From: an uncultured Solirubrobacteraceae bacterium
GTDB taxonomy: Bacteria > Actinomycetota > Thermoleophilia > Solirubrobacterales > Solirubrobacteraceae
Length of the DNA: 64,000 nucleotides
Assembly: GCA_963803565.1 (NCBI GenBank)
Contig: CAWDNA010000002.1
Location: 14,247 to 78,246 of the forward strand
Reading direction: 5' to 3'
Notes under the pieces: generated by a model
Told to the model about the DNA's origin: nothing
Database searches by the model: none
The model's input: only the letters and a program-made list of their open reading frames with translations
Shown here: in pieces, positions 19,020 through 27,877 of the stretch
Layout: each line of letters starts with the position of its first letter
Numbering within the stretch: position 1 is the first letter of the stretch
Program-made: the position numbers and the translations under genes

Positions 19020-19622
19020 TCAGTATCCGTACCAGGGGGTTGGCGCGCTGGTTGTGGGCGTCGGGGTGGCGGGCGTCGGCGTGGGCGCGGGCGCGGGCGC
19101 CGGGCTCGCGGCGACGTTGGGGGCCGGGTCGCTGGAAGCCGTCACGGCGTGCCACGTGCCGCCGAAGCTTTCGATCCCCTGGCCGTTGGTCTGTCCCTTG
19201 GCGTGATCTTTGAGGAAGCGGTAGAGCGGCAGGCCGCGGAGGGTGACCTGCAGGAGCCCGTTGCTGCGGCGCAGGATGCCCAGATGACCGCGCACGCCGG
19301 CGCCGTCCTTGAGCTTGGTGCTGCGCGAAGGCACCGTCAGTGGCGGCCAGAAGTGCAGGCATTCGCTGCTCTTGCAGAGCAGATGTCCGGCCGTCTCGGG
19401 GCTGAGGGCGTATAGCGTCCGTCCCTGCGCGTTGACGACGATCGTCTCGCCGAGACCCGCGCTGGACTCCGCGCTGACCGTCACGCTGTTGGCGGAGGCG
19501 AGCGCGAACGCGGTAAACGACGCGCCCAGCGCGAGCAACGCCGCGAACGCTCCCAGCGCGGAGCGAGATGCTCGCCGGTGCTGCTGCGATCTGGCGCCCT
19601 GCCCTTGCTCTGAACCGCTCAT
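19020..19622 (-). CDS. Secreted repeat protein (COG4315-type)
   Basis: GRTLY..C...C...WPPL, QVT..G.PLY.F..D...G..NGQG...W. Confidence 0.85.
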   Translation of the reverse strand: MSGSEQGQGARSQQHRRASRSALGAFAALLALGASFTAFALASANSVTVSAESSAGLGETIVVNAQGRTLYALSPETAGHLLCKSSECLHFWPPLTVPSRSTKLKDGAGVRGHLGILRRSNGLLQVTLRGLPLYRFLKDHAKGQTNGQGIESFGGTWHAVTASSDPAPNVAASPAPAPAPTPTPATPTPTTSAPTPWYGY

Positions 19623-19700
19623 CGGACTTCCCTTCGCTCGTGATCTCTTGTGCTCCTGCCTGCTCAGACGCCGCTGGCGCCGTAATCTTCCTGAGCGCGG

Positions 19701-21080
19701 CTATGGCTCGGTGTGCACGACCACGTCCGCGATGTTGCCGATGCGCTGATGCAGCTCCTCCTCCAGCTCCCCCGCCAGGCGGTGCGCGGCCGACAGCGGC
19801 TCGCCCGCCTCCACGCCCAGGGTGAGGAACAGGACGCGCCCAGCGTCGGTTGACAGCAGCTTGACGCTGCGAGGCCTGCTTCCGGTGCGCTCGAGCACGA
19901 GCCGCTCGATCTCCCGCCTGGCCTGGAGGTCTGCGCTCTTGTCGGATGGAACCGCGCCGAGCGTGCGCTCGAGCGGCTCGAGATGGGTCTGCACATCGCG
20001 CACCCCGGGCCTCTCGCGGATCGCCTGCTCGACGCGCTCCGCGGTCTCGTGCGCGGTTTGCAGGTCGAGATCGGCGGGGAACTTGAGATGCAGCGACACG
20101 CTCGTGGCGCCCTGCTGCTCGAACAGCGTGATGTCGTGGGCCTCCTTGACGAGCGGCTCTGCCAGTGCGATCGCGAGCACCCGATCGCGCAGGTCGAGCC
20201 CTCGCCGCCGGGGCTCGACGTGCACGACCACATCGCTGCCCGGGAGCGCCTGCTCGACCGCGCCCTCGATCAGGTCGGCGGTCAGGTGACCCTCCACCAC
20301 GGCCTGTCCCGGCGGCACGCTGACCACCACGTCGGCGAAGTAGCGCCCGGCGGACTCGCGCAGGCGCAGCCGGTCCAGCTCGATGTCGACGCCGAGCTCG
20401 GCGATCGCCCGGGCGGCGGCTTCCCGCGCCTGCGCGGGAGTGCGATCCATCAGGATGTTGGCGTGCTCTCCGAGCAGCCGGGAGGCGGCAGCGAAGATGA
20501 TCGCCGCGACGACCAGGGCCGCCACCGAATCGCCCTGCGGCATGCCTGCGCGGACGGCGAGCAAGCCGACGAGGACCGCGAGGGAGCCCGCCATATCGCC
20601 GGCGAAGTGCAGGGCGTTCGAGCGCAGTGCGGGACTGTTGTAGCGCCGCGCGGCGCCCAGCGCGGCATGTGTGCGGCTGAGATCGAGGACCAGCGCGGCT
20701 CCGATCACGGCGAACTGATACCAGGCGGTCTGCGGAGGCTTGCCGCCCGCGACGAGGTGCCGGATAGCCTCGACGCTGACGAGCACGCCGCCGACGAGCA
20801 GGATCACGGCCTCTCCCAGCGCACCGAGGTTCTCCGCCCGGCGGTGTCCGTAGGGGTGCCCCCAGTCGGCGGGACGCCCGCTCAGCCGCACGGCGAAGAA
20901 GGTGAGGATGGCGGCGATGAGGTCGCCGCTCGACTCGAGCCCGGCCGAGATCAGTCCGAGGCTGCCGGTCGCGAGGCCGACGCCGAGCTTCATCGCCACC
21001 AGCAGGCCGGCCGCGCCGATCGAGACGAGCGTGGTCCGTCGCTTGATCAGCGCCTGGTCGATCTCGGAGGCCCGCGCCAT
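19701..21080 (-). CDS. CDF transporter (FieF-like) with triplicated C-terminal domain
   Basis: HPYGHRRAENL, HFAGD; VVVHVEP, VQTHLEP and VVVHTEP repeats. Confidence 0.9.
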   Translation of the reverse strand: MARASEIDQALIKRRTTLVSIGAAGLLVAMKLGVGLATGSLGLISAGLESSGDLIAAILTFFAVRLSGRPADWGHPYGHRRAENLGALGEAVILLVGGVLVSVEAIRHLVAGGKPPQTAWYQFAVIGAALVLDLSRTHAALGAARRYNSPALRSNALHFAGDMAGSLAVLVGLLAVRAGMPQGDSVAALVVAAIIFAAASRLLGEHANILMDRTPAQAREAAARAIAELGVDIELDRLRLRESAGRYFADVVVSVPPGQAVVEGHLTADLIEGAVEQALPGSDVVVHVEPRRRGLDLRDRVLAIALAEPLVKEAHDITLFEQQGATSVSLHLKFPADLDLQTAHETAERVEQAIRERPGVRDVQTHLEPLERTLGAVPSDKSADLQARREIERLVLERTGSRPRSVKLLSTDAGRVLFLTLGVEAGEPLSAAHRLAGELEEELHQRIGNIADVVVHTEP

Positions 21081-21201
21081 CGCTGCAGACTATGTACCGC
21101 ACGGCACGGAAGCGAGAAGCTCGCCGGCGGGCCCGCGGCGGGAGTCATCCATCGATCGCTCGCATCGGGCCGAGCGCCGGACCGCGCCGTATCGTGAACC
21201 G

Positions 21202-22140
21202 ATGGCTCACGATCACTCAGGCCACGGCCACGTCCACGCCCACGGCATGGGCGTCGATGGCGACCGCGACAGGCTGGCGGTCGCGCTCGGCCTGATCGTG
21301 ACGTTCATGGCCGTCGAGATCGTCGCCGGCGTGATCGCGCACTCGCTCGCCCTGCTGTCGGACGCGGGGCACATGCTCACCGACGCCGCGGCGATCGGCT
21401 TCTCGCTGTTTGCGCTGTGGCTGGCCGCGCGTCCGGCCCGCGGTGCGATGACTTTCGGCTTCAAGCGCGTCGAGATCCTCTCCGCCCAGGCCAACGGTGT
21501 GACGCTGCTGGTCCTGGCGGCCTTCATCGTCTACGACGCCATCCGCCGGCTGTTCGATCCGCCCACCGTCCGCGGCGGCTTGATGCTGGTGGTCGCGCTC
21601 GCCGGGATCCTCGTCAACCTGCTCGCGATCTGGACGCTGTCGAAGGCCAATCGCCGCAGCCTGAACGTCGAGGGCAGCTTCCGCCACATCCTCACCGACC
21701 TGTACGGCTTCATCGGCACCGCGATCGCCGCCGCGATCATCCTGCTCGCCGGCTTTCAGCGGGCCGACCCGCTCGTCTCGCTGCTGATCGCCGCGCTGAT
21801 GATCCGCTCGGGCTACGCGCTCGTGAAGGCCTCGGGGCGCGTGTTCCTGGAGGCGGCGCCCGAGGGCTTGGACCCGCAGGCGATCGGCCAGGCACTGGCC
21901 GCCCGGGCGGGCGTCGTCGAGGTTCACGACCTGCACGTGTGGGAGGTGACCAGCGGCTTCCCCGCGCTCTCGGCGCACGTGCTCGTCGGCTCCGGCAGCG
22001 ACTGCCACGCCGTGCGCCGCGAAATGGAGGCGATGCTGCGCGAGCGCTTCGGCCTCGATCACACGACCCTGCAGGTCGACCACGCGCCCACCGAGCTGCT
22101 CGAGATCGCGCCGCGCGCGGCGGAGGAGCGGCGTGGCTGA
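21202..22140 (+). CDS. CDF Zn/Co/Cd efflux pump (CzcD/ZitB-like)
   Basis: His-rich N-terminus, SLALLSDAGHMLTD, HILTD, HDLHVW, HTTLQVD. Confidence 0.94.
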   Translation: MAHDHSGHGHVHAHGMGVDGDRDRLAVALGLIVTFMAVEIVAGVIAHSLALLSDAGHMLTDAAAIGFSLFALWLAARPARGAMTFGFKRVEILSAQANGVTLLVLAAFIVYDAIRRLFDPPTVRGGLMLVVALAGILVNLLAIWTLSKANRRSLNVEGSFRHILTDLYGFIGTAIAAAIILLAGFQRADPLVSLLIAALMIRSGYALVKASGRVFLEAAPEGLDPQAIGQALAARAGVVEVHDLHVWEVTSGFPALSAHVLVGSGSDCHAVRREMEAMLRERFGLDHTTLQVDHAPTELLEIAPRAAEERRG

Positions 22141-22155
22141 GGCACGCCGATGGCG

Positions 22156-22902
22156 CTAGCCGACCTGCCCGCTGGGGCGCACGAGCACCTCGTTGACGCT
22201 CACGTTCGCCGGCTGACCGATCGCGTAGAGGATCGCCTCGGCGATGTCCTCGGCCGCCAGCGGGGTGACCCCTGCAAAGCGCTTGGCCATCTGCTCGAGC
22301 ACCTCGGGGCGATTGTGGCCGGCGAGCTCCGTCGCAACGGCCCCGGGCTCGATCAGGGTAACGCGCACGCCCAACGGGACCGCCTCCTGGCGCAGCGACT
22401 CCGAGAAGGCGCCGATCCCGAACTTGGTCAGGTTGTAGACCCCCGAGCCGGCTCGCGCGACGCGCCCGGCGACGGAGCTCACGTTGATGATGTGCCCGGA
22501 GCCCTGCGCGCGCATCAGCGGAAGGGCGGCGTGGGTGCAGTAGAGCACGCCGAAGACGTTCACGTGGACCATCCGGCGCCACTCCTCCGTGGGGGCGTTC
22601 TCGATCGGGCCCAGGAGCATCACGCCGGCATTGTTCACGAGCACATCAAGGCGGCCGAGCTCGGCGTGCGTGCGTTCGATGAACGCCCGCGCCTGCCCCT
22701 CCTCCCCCACGTCGCTCGCGACCGCCACGGCGCGGCCGCCCTCGGCGGCGATGCGCTCGGCGAGCGCATCGATTCGCTCGCTGCGGCGGGCGGCCAGCGC
22801 GAGCGCCGCGCCCGCGCGTGCGCAGGCCAGCGCGGTGGCCTCGCCGATGCCGGAGGAGGCGCCCGTCACGGCGACCACCCGATCGGCGAGGTCGATGCTC
22901 AT
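22156..22902 (-). CDS. Short-chain dehydrogenase/reductase
   Basis: TGASSGIG, NNAG, YNLTK. Confidence 0.94.
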   Translation of the reverse strand: MSIDLADRVVAVTGASSGIGEATALACARAGAALALAARRSERIDALAERIAAEGGRAVAVASDVGEEGQARAFIERTHAELGRLDVLVNNAGVMLLGPIENAPTEEWRRMVHVNVFGVLYCTHAALPLMRAQGSGHIINVSSVAGRVARAGSGVYNLTKFGIGAFSESLRQEAVPLGVRVTLIEPGAVATELAGHNRPEVLEQMAKRFAGVTPLAAEDIAEAILYAIGQPANVSVNEVLVRPSGQVG

Positions 22903-23159
22903 GTGCCGAGCTTAGCCCGCCCGCCTCACTCACGCCGAACGGCCGGTCGATACTGCTCACGGCAAGGCGAGGCGATCCTTTTCGAGGCCTCGCGGGTTTC
23001 TGATGCAGTCGGCGCGGAAACCCTCTTTATGAACCGGCAGGCAGGTGAGCGCGTATCACGCGTCGAACGAGCCTCAAGAGCCCTCCCCCGAGGATGGTTG
23101 ACAACGCAACTATCGAGGCGTATAATTCCGACTCCAAGCATCGGATTAGAAGGACGCCC

Positions 23160-24143
23160 ATGTCAGATTCCCCCACAAACGCAACCCCCACGCTCGACCC
23201 GGTAGGCACCGTGGAGCACGGTGAGATCGAGGCGGACGCCGTCCAGGACGGCGCGTCGGTCGCTACCCCGGAGCGGCTGGACAGCCCGATCGAGCGGACC
23301 GACCTCGGCACGCCGGACACGTTCATCCCCGAGTCCGTCGATCAGCTCCTCGCACACTCGCGCCGCTACCCCCTGCTCACGCCTGCCCAGGAGATCGACC
23401 TGGCCAAGCGGATCGAGCGCGGCGACCTGCACGCGAAGGAACTGCTGGTCAACTCCAACCTGCGGCTCGTGGCCTCCAACGCACGCCGCTACCAGAACCA
23501 GGGGCTGCCGCTCGCCGACCTCGTCCAGGAGGGCATGCTCGGCCTCATTCGCGCCAGCGAGAAGTTCGATTGGCGCAAGGGCTTTCGCTTCTCCACCTAC
23601 GCCACCCTGTGGATCCGCCAGGCGATTCAGCGCGGCCTCGAGAACTCCGGGCGCACGATCCGGCTGCCCGTGCACGTGGCCCAGCGCTCGCGCAAGGTCG
23701 GCCGGGTCGAGCGCGAGCTGTCTGTGCGGCTCGGGCGCGAGCCGACGATCGAGGAGCTCGCCCAGGAGACCGGCCTGCCGATCGAGCAGGTGGAGGAGGT
23801 GCGCCACCAGCGGGCGGCGCTCGTGAGCCTCGACCAGCAGATCGGCGAAGACGGCGACACCGCGCTCGGCGACCTGCTGCCCTCGGACGTCGAGGCGCCC
23901 GAGGAGACCGCCTGGGACAACGAACGCGAGCGGATCGTGCACCGTGCGATCTCGCAGCTGCCGGAAACCGAGCGCAAGGTGCTCACGCTGCGCTTCGGCA
24001 CTGGGCGCGAGGAGCCCCAGACGCTGACGGCGATCGGCAAAAGGCTCGGGTTCTCCGCAGAGCGGGCCTCCCAGCTCGAGCAGCGAGCGCTGAAGAAGCT
24101 CGCCGAGTCGCCCGAGCTGGCGGCGCTGCGCGAGGCCGCCTAG
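23160..24143 (+). CDS. RpoD-like sigma70 factor lacking region 1.1 (group 2-like)
   Basis: SNLRLV, DLVQEG, KFDWRKGFRFSTYATLWIRQAI, RTIRLPVH. Confidence 0.92.
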   Translation: MSDSPTNATPTLDPVGTVEHGEIEADAVQDGASVATPERLDSPIERTDLGTPDTFIPESVDQLLAHSRRYPLLTPAQEIDLAKRIERGDLHAKELLVNSNLRLVASNARRYQNQGLPLADLVQEGMLGLIRASEKFDWRKGFRFSTYATLWIRQAIQRGLENSGRTIRLPVHVAQRSRKVGRVERELSVRLGREPTIEELAQETGLPIEQVEEVRHQRAALVSLDQQIGEDGDTALGDLLPSDVEAPEETAWDNERERIVHRAISQLPETERKVLTLRFGTGREEPQTLTAIGKRLGFSAERASQLEQRALKKLAESPELAALREAA

Positions 24144-24284
24144 ACAAACCCCATCAGGCGCAAGGCCATCCCGCCCGGGAGGCCTCGCGCCTGCACGGCC
24201 TCATTCCCGGCCGTGCGTCCGCTAGTGTGCGCCCGAGGGTCCGTGGGTGGCCCGATGTCAAAGGCAACGCGGGAGCGACGCGAC

Positions 24285-25073
24285 ATGTCCAAGTCACTGT
24301 GGGAGCGGACCGTCGAATGGACGATCACGGTCGGCGAAGAGGTCTTGGCCCCTGTTGAGCGGTTCATCGGGCGGCGCTCGCTCGTCGGCGACGCCACCTT
24401 CTTCCCGCTCGAGCGCTTCCCGTGGGTCGCACACATCGAGCAGAACTGGACGGTGATCCGCGAGGAGGCCGAGCGGCTCGTCGAGGATCGCGAGGCGCTG
24501 GCGAACTTCCAGGACATCTCCAAGGACCAGATCGAGATCACCGACGACGACCGCTGGAAGACGTTCTTCCTCTATGGCTACGGCTTCAAGGCCAAGCTCG
24601 GCATCGAGATGTGCCCGCGCACGGCCGCCTTGATGGAGCAGATCCCGGGTATGACGACCGCCATGTTCTCGATCCTCTCCCCGCGCAAGCACATCCTCGA
24701 TCATCGCGGCCCCTACAAGGGGGTCTTGCGCTACCACCTCGGCCTGATCGTGCCGCGCGATGCCGAGGCCTGCCGGATTCGGGTCGGCGAGGACATTCGC
24801 CACTGGGAGGAGGGCAAGAGCATGATCTTCGATGACACCTTCAACCACGAGGTCTGGAACGACACCGACGAGACGCGCGTGGTCCTGTTCGTCGACGTCC
24901 TGCGGCCCCTCCCCTTCCCCGAGTCGGCGATCAACAGGCTGATCGTCAAGGTGATCGGCTTCTCTCCCTTCGTGCTCGACGCCAAGCGCAACCAGGAAGC
25001 CTGGGAAAAGCGCTACCTGCAGCAACGCCGAGACCGCGCCGCCGCGGCGAGTGCAGCACAGACCGTGCCCTGA
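24285..25073 (+). CDS. Asp/Asn beta-hydroxylase (LpxO/OlsC-like) 2OG-Fe dioxygenase
   Basis: WKTFFLYGYG, CPRT, HRGPYKGVLRYHLGL, FDDTFNHEVWN. Confidence 0.9.
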   Translation: MSKSLWERTVEWTITVGEEVLAPVERFIGRRSLVGDATFFPLERFPWVAHIEQNWTVIREEAERLVEDREALANFQDISKDQIEITDDDRWKTFFLYGYGFKAKLGIEMCPRTAALMEQIPGMTTAMFSILSPRKHILDHRGPYKGVLRYHLGLIVPRDAEACRIRVGEDIRHWEEGKSMIFDDTFNHEVWNDTDETRVVLFVDVLRPLPFPESAINRLIVKVIGFSPFVLDAKRNQEAWEKRYLQQRRDRAAAASAAQTVP

Positions 25074-25165
25074 CACCTCCCTGGCGGCCGGCTGTGAGCG
25101 TCGCTGGCGTGGCAGTGGCCACGGGGCCTGATTCCTTCTCCGGCTACCGTTGATAACCCAGCGGT

Positions 25166-25305
25166 TTGGCTGGCCATCCAGTCAGCTGTGACACGCAGCT
25201 GGGTTGGCTGGTCATCCAGTCAGCTGTGACACTGCGGCTGGCTGGCCGTCCAGTTAGCCGTGACAGGTAACACTGTCTGGCTGGCTGTCCAGTTAATTGT
25301 AATGA
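25166..25305. repeat. Four degenerate ~29-bp palindromic direct repeats
   Basis: Units at 25166, 25204, 25238 and 25277; consensus YTGGCTGGYYRTCCAGTYAGCYGTGACA; periods 38/34/39. Confidence 0.9.
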
Positions 25306-25321
25306 TTTCGGTCCTCCGAAC

Positions 25322-25350
25322 TTGACGCGAGGAGCGCTTTGTGGAATCCT
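25322..25350 (+). promoter_or_regulatory. Putative sigma70 promoter of the secreted protein gene
   Basis: TTGACG-17nt-AATCCT with TG extension. Confidence 0.4.
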
Positions 25351-25473
25351 CGCTCGCGTATGCCGCTCTCTTGGCGTACGCGGAGAATGCAAGGACTGCC
25401 TGCGGGGCGCTTCGCGTCCCGGCACGGCTAGGACGCCACTCACCAACCGATGAGGGAAGGAGCAGTGGACGAG

Positions 25474-26469
25474 ATGAAGCGCATGCGGATTGCGGGGTTG
25501 TGCCTCGTGGCGATGTTCGCGATCACCGCGCTGAGCGCGATGGCGGCGTCGTCGGCATATGCGGGCGAATATGGGGTATGTGTCAAGGCCCAGAAAGTAG
25601 AAAAAAAATACGTCGGCCTGTACACCGATAAGAATTGCCAAACAGCAGCTTCGGAAAAAGAAGTGGAAGAAGGCAAGAAAAACAAGTACGAATGGGTCTC
25701 GGCGGCCGGAGAAAAATCGACGACGACGACCAAAACGGCCGTTCTGAGCTCCGCAGCCGGAAAAATCACGTGCAAGAAGAGCAAAGGCACGGCGGAAATC
25801 ACCGGAGCGAAATCGGACCTCGAGACGGTCGAATTCGAAGAATGCACGCTGAGCGTCACCGGTGGCAAGTGCACCAGCGTCCAGGAAGGCGAGAAAGAAG
25901 GGAACATCACCACCTTCCAGCTCGAAACCAAACTGATCGACCACGGCGAAAAAGGGCCCAGCGGTGGCGAACCAGCCGAAGGCGAAGCGTGGACCGAGTT
26001 CAATGGCGAGGCCGGCAACGGCGGCCTGCAGGCTGAGTTCGTGTGCGCGCCTGGGGTCATCTTCAGGACCTCCGGCACCCTGAGCGGCGTGACCACGCCG
26101 GTCAACCTCATGGAGTCGAAAGACACCACCAGCTTCGGCGAAGGCAAAGGCGAACAGGACCTCGTCACTGAATTCTCCGAGAACGGTGGAATCTCATTCG
26201 AAAACACCGGCCCGAACGTCGAGACAGCGGTAGGGACGGCCAAGGGTGTCGTGGCCGGATCCAAAGAAAAAGGCAAGACCGAGGTCAGGACACCAAAGGC
26301 GGCTCTGTGCGCAGCGCTAAACGCCGGAATTCACGGCCTGGAAACAGTCCAGAAAAAACTGGCAAATGGGAACGCCAACGAAAAAGCAGCAGCCATAGTG
26401 CTCGCGGCCGCGATCAAAGAAGACATCGCCCGGTATGAAAAAATGGGCTGCGGTGTCTACGTGCCGTAG
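25474..26469 (+). CDS. Secreted Cys-containing, Lys/Glu/Thr-rich hypothetical protein
   Basis: Sec signal peptide ending AYA; GAAGGAG RBS; AAA/GAA-rich codons and lower GC than flanks. Confidence 0.85.
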   Translation: MKRMRIAGLCLVAMFAITALSAMAASSAYAGEYGVCVKAQKVEKKYVGLYTDKNCQTAASEKEVEEGKKNKYEWVSAAGEKSTTTTKTAVLSSAAGKITCKKSKGTAEITGAKSDLETVEFEECTLSVTGGKCTSVQEGEKEGNITTFQLETKLIDHGEKGPSGGEPAEGEAWTEFNGEAGNGGLQAEFVCAPGVIFRTSGTLSGVTTPVNLMESKDTTSFGEGKGEQDLVTEFSENGGISFENTGPNVETAVGTAKGVVAGSKEKGKTEVRTPKAALCAALNAGIHGLETVQKKLANGNANEKAAAIVLAAAIKEDIARYEKMGCGVYVP

Positions 26470-26504
26470 GTAGTAGAGGCAGACCGCAGGAGGAAGTGCG
26501 TGAC

Positions 26505-26543
26505 GCGGCGCGTGGCGGGGACGAGTGCCCCCCACGCGCCGCC
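26505..26543. terminator. GC-rich hairpin between convergent genes
   Basis: gcggcgcgtgg...ccacgcgccgc inverted repeat; no U-tract. Confidence 0.45.
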
Positions 26544-26583
26544 GAGCGCGCGGCGGCTCTCGCGAGATGACGAGGGTGGCCGA

Positions 26584-27069
26584 TCAGTCCGGCGCGTCGA
26601 GCACATTCACCTGACGCACGACCCTCCCGCCGAGGAGCTCGGTGCTCTGGAGGATCGTGTAGTCGAGCTGCTCGTCGGTGGCACCGGAGCGGTGGCGCAG
26701 GCGGGCGCGGCGGACGATCCGCCCGGGCGCGGCCTCGGCGATCGAGAGGTTCTCGATCGTGTTGTCCTCGTAAGCTGCCAGGACGCCTCGCCAGAAGTCG
26801 AAGACCGCGTCGCGGCCGCGGAGCGCCTCGCCATCATGCAGCGGCGGCGGCGGTGCGTACTCGACGTTCTCGGCGAACAGGGCGAACACGGCATCGAGGT
26901 CACCGCGGTTGAAGGCGTCGCGGGCGCGGTCGAATGCCGTCTGAAGGATCCTCCTGCGCAGCGAATCGGGTGCGTGATCCAAGGCGCGCACGGCGAGCGC
27001 GGCAACGCCGGGTGCGGCGATCTCGAGGCGGTCGGCGAGGGGGCGGGCACTTGCGGCCGCGGGGCTCAT
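26584..27069 (-). CDS. NTF2/SnoaL-like protein with N-terminal extension
   Basis: AFNRGDLDAVFALFAENVEY..LRGRDAV. Confidence 0.75.
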   Translation of the reverse strand: MSPAAASARPLADRLEIAAPGVAALAVRALDHAPDSLRRRILQTAFDRARDAFNRGDLDAVFALFAENVEYAPPPPLHDGEALRGRDAVFDFWRGVLAAYEDNTIENLSIAEAAPGRIVRRARLRHRSGATDEQLDYTILQSTELLGGRVVRQVNVLDAPD

Positions 27070-27109
27070 GGCGGCGAGGGTCGGTAGCTGAGGTCGCGCA
27101 GCGGAGGGC

Positions 27110-27877
27110 CTAGACGCCGGAGAGCCCGAGTGAGCTGGTGAGTTCGTTCGTTTTGGCGTTGAGCATCGTGAACTCGCCGGTGAGGATCAGCAGACCGAGC
27201 ACGATCATGATCGCGCCCCCGATGGCGATGATGACGGGGAAGTGTCGCTTTACGACGTTTAGCGCCAAGGTCATGCGCTCGAAGGCGAGCGCAATCAGCA
27301 GGAAGGGGATCGCCAGGCCGGCGGAGTAGAAGGCCAGCAGCAGGGCCCCGTGCGCGGCCGAGCTCGAGACCGCGGCCTGCGTGAGGATCGCGCCGAGGGT
27401 GATGCTCGTGCAGGGGGTCCAGGCGATCGCGAACGCGGCCCCGGCGACGATCGGCCCGCCGCGGCCTGCCATGCGCAGCAGCGCCTCGGAGTGCCACTCG
27501 CGGTTGAACATGCCGACGAACGGGGTCGACAGGAAGATGAGGCCCATCGCGATGATCACGACCCCCCCGATCTGCTCGAGGGTCTGTTTGTGCGTGTTGA
27601 GCGCCGAGCCGAGCGCGGTCGCGCTCAACCCGAGAAGGATGAAGATCGCGGAGAAGCTCGCGATGAACAGCAGGCTGGGCACGAGCACGCGGCGTGCTCC
27701 GACGCCCGCTTTCAGGTCCGTCGGCGTGACGCCTATCACCGTCGAGAGATAGCCCGGCACGAGCGGGAGCACGCACGGCGATAGGAAGGAGACCAGGCCG
27801 GCGGCGAGCGCGAGCGGGATCCCCACGCCGGTGGCGGCGTCGGAGGATGCGGCGATGATCAGCGTGGCGTGGGTCAT
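27110..27877 (-). CDS. ccdA: Cytochrome c biogenesis protein CcdA
   Basis: SFLSPCVLPLVPGY and AWTPC. Confidence 0.92.
   Translation of the reverse strand: MTHATLIIAASSDAATGVGIPLALAAGLVSFLSPCVLPLVPGYLSTVIGVTPTDLKAGVGARRVLVPSLLFIASFSAIFILLGLSATALGSALNTHKQTLEQIGGVVIIAMGLIFLSTPFVGMFNREWHSEALLRMAGRGGPIVAGAAFAIAWTPCTSITLGAILTQAAVSSSAAHGALLLAFYSAGLAIPFLLIALAFERMTLALNVVKRHFPVIIAIGGAIMIVLGLLILTGEFTMLNAKTNELTSSLGLSGV

Noticed and set aside
25166-25305. Mini CRISPR array
   Set aside because: Spacers are only 5-10 bp, repeats are degenerate, and there are no cas genes in the window
25144-25944. Phe-rich minus-strand ORF crossing the repeat array
   Set aside because: Phe richness mirrors GAA/AAA codons on the plus strand, and the repeat periods do not keep frame
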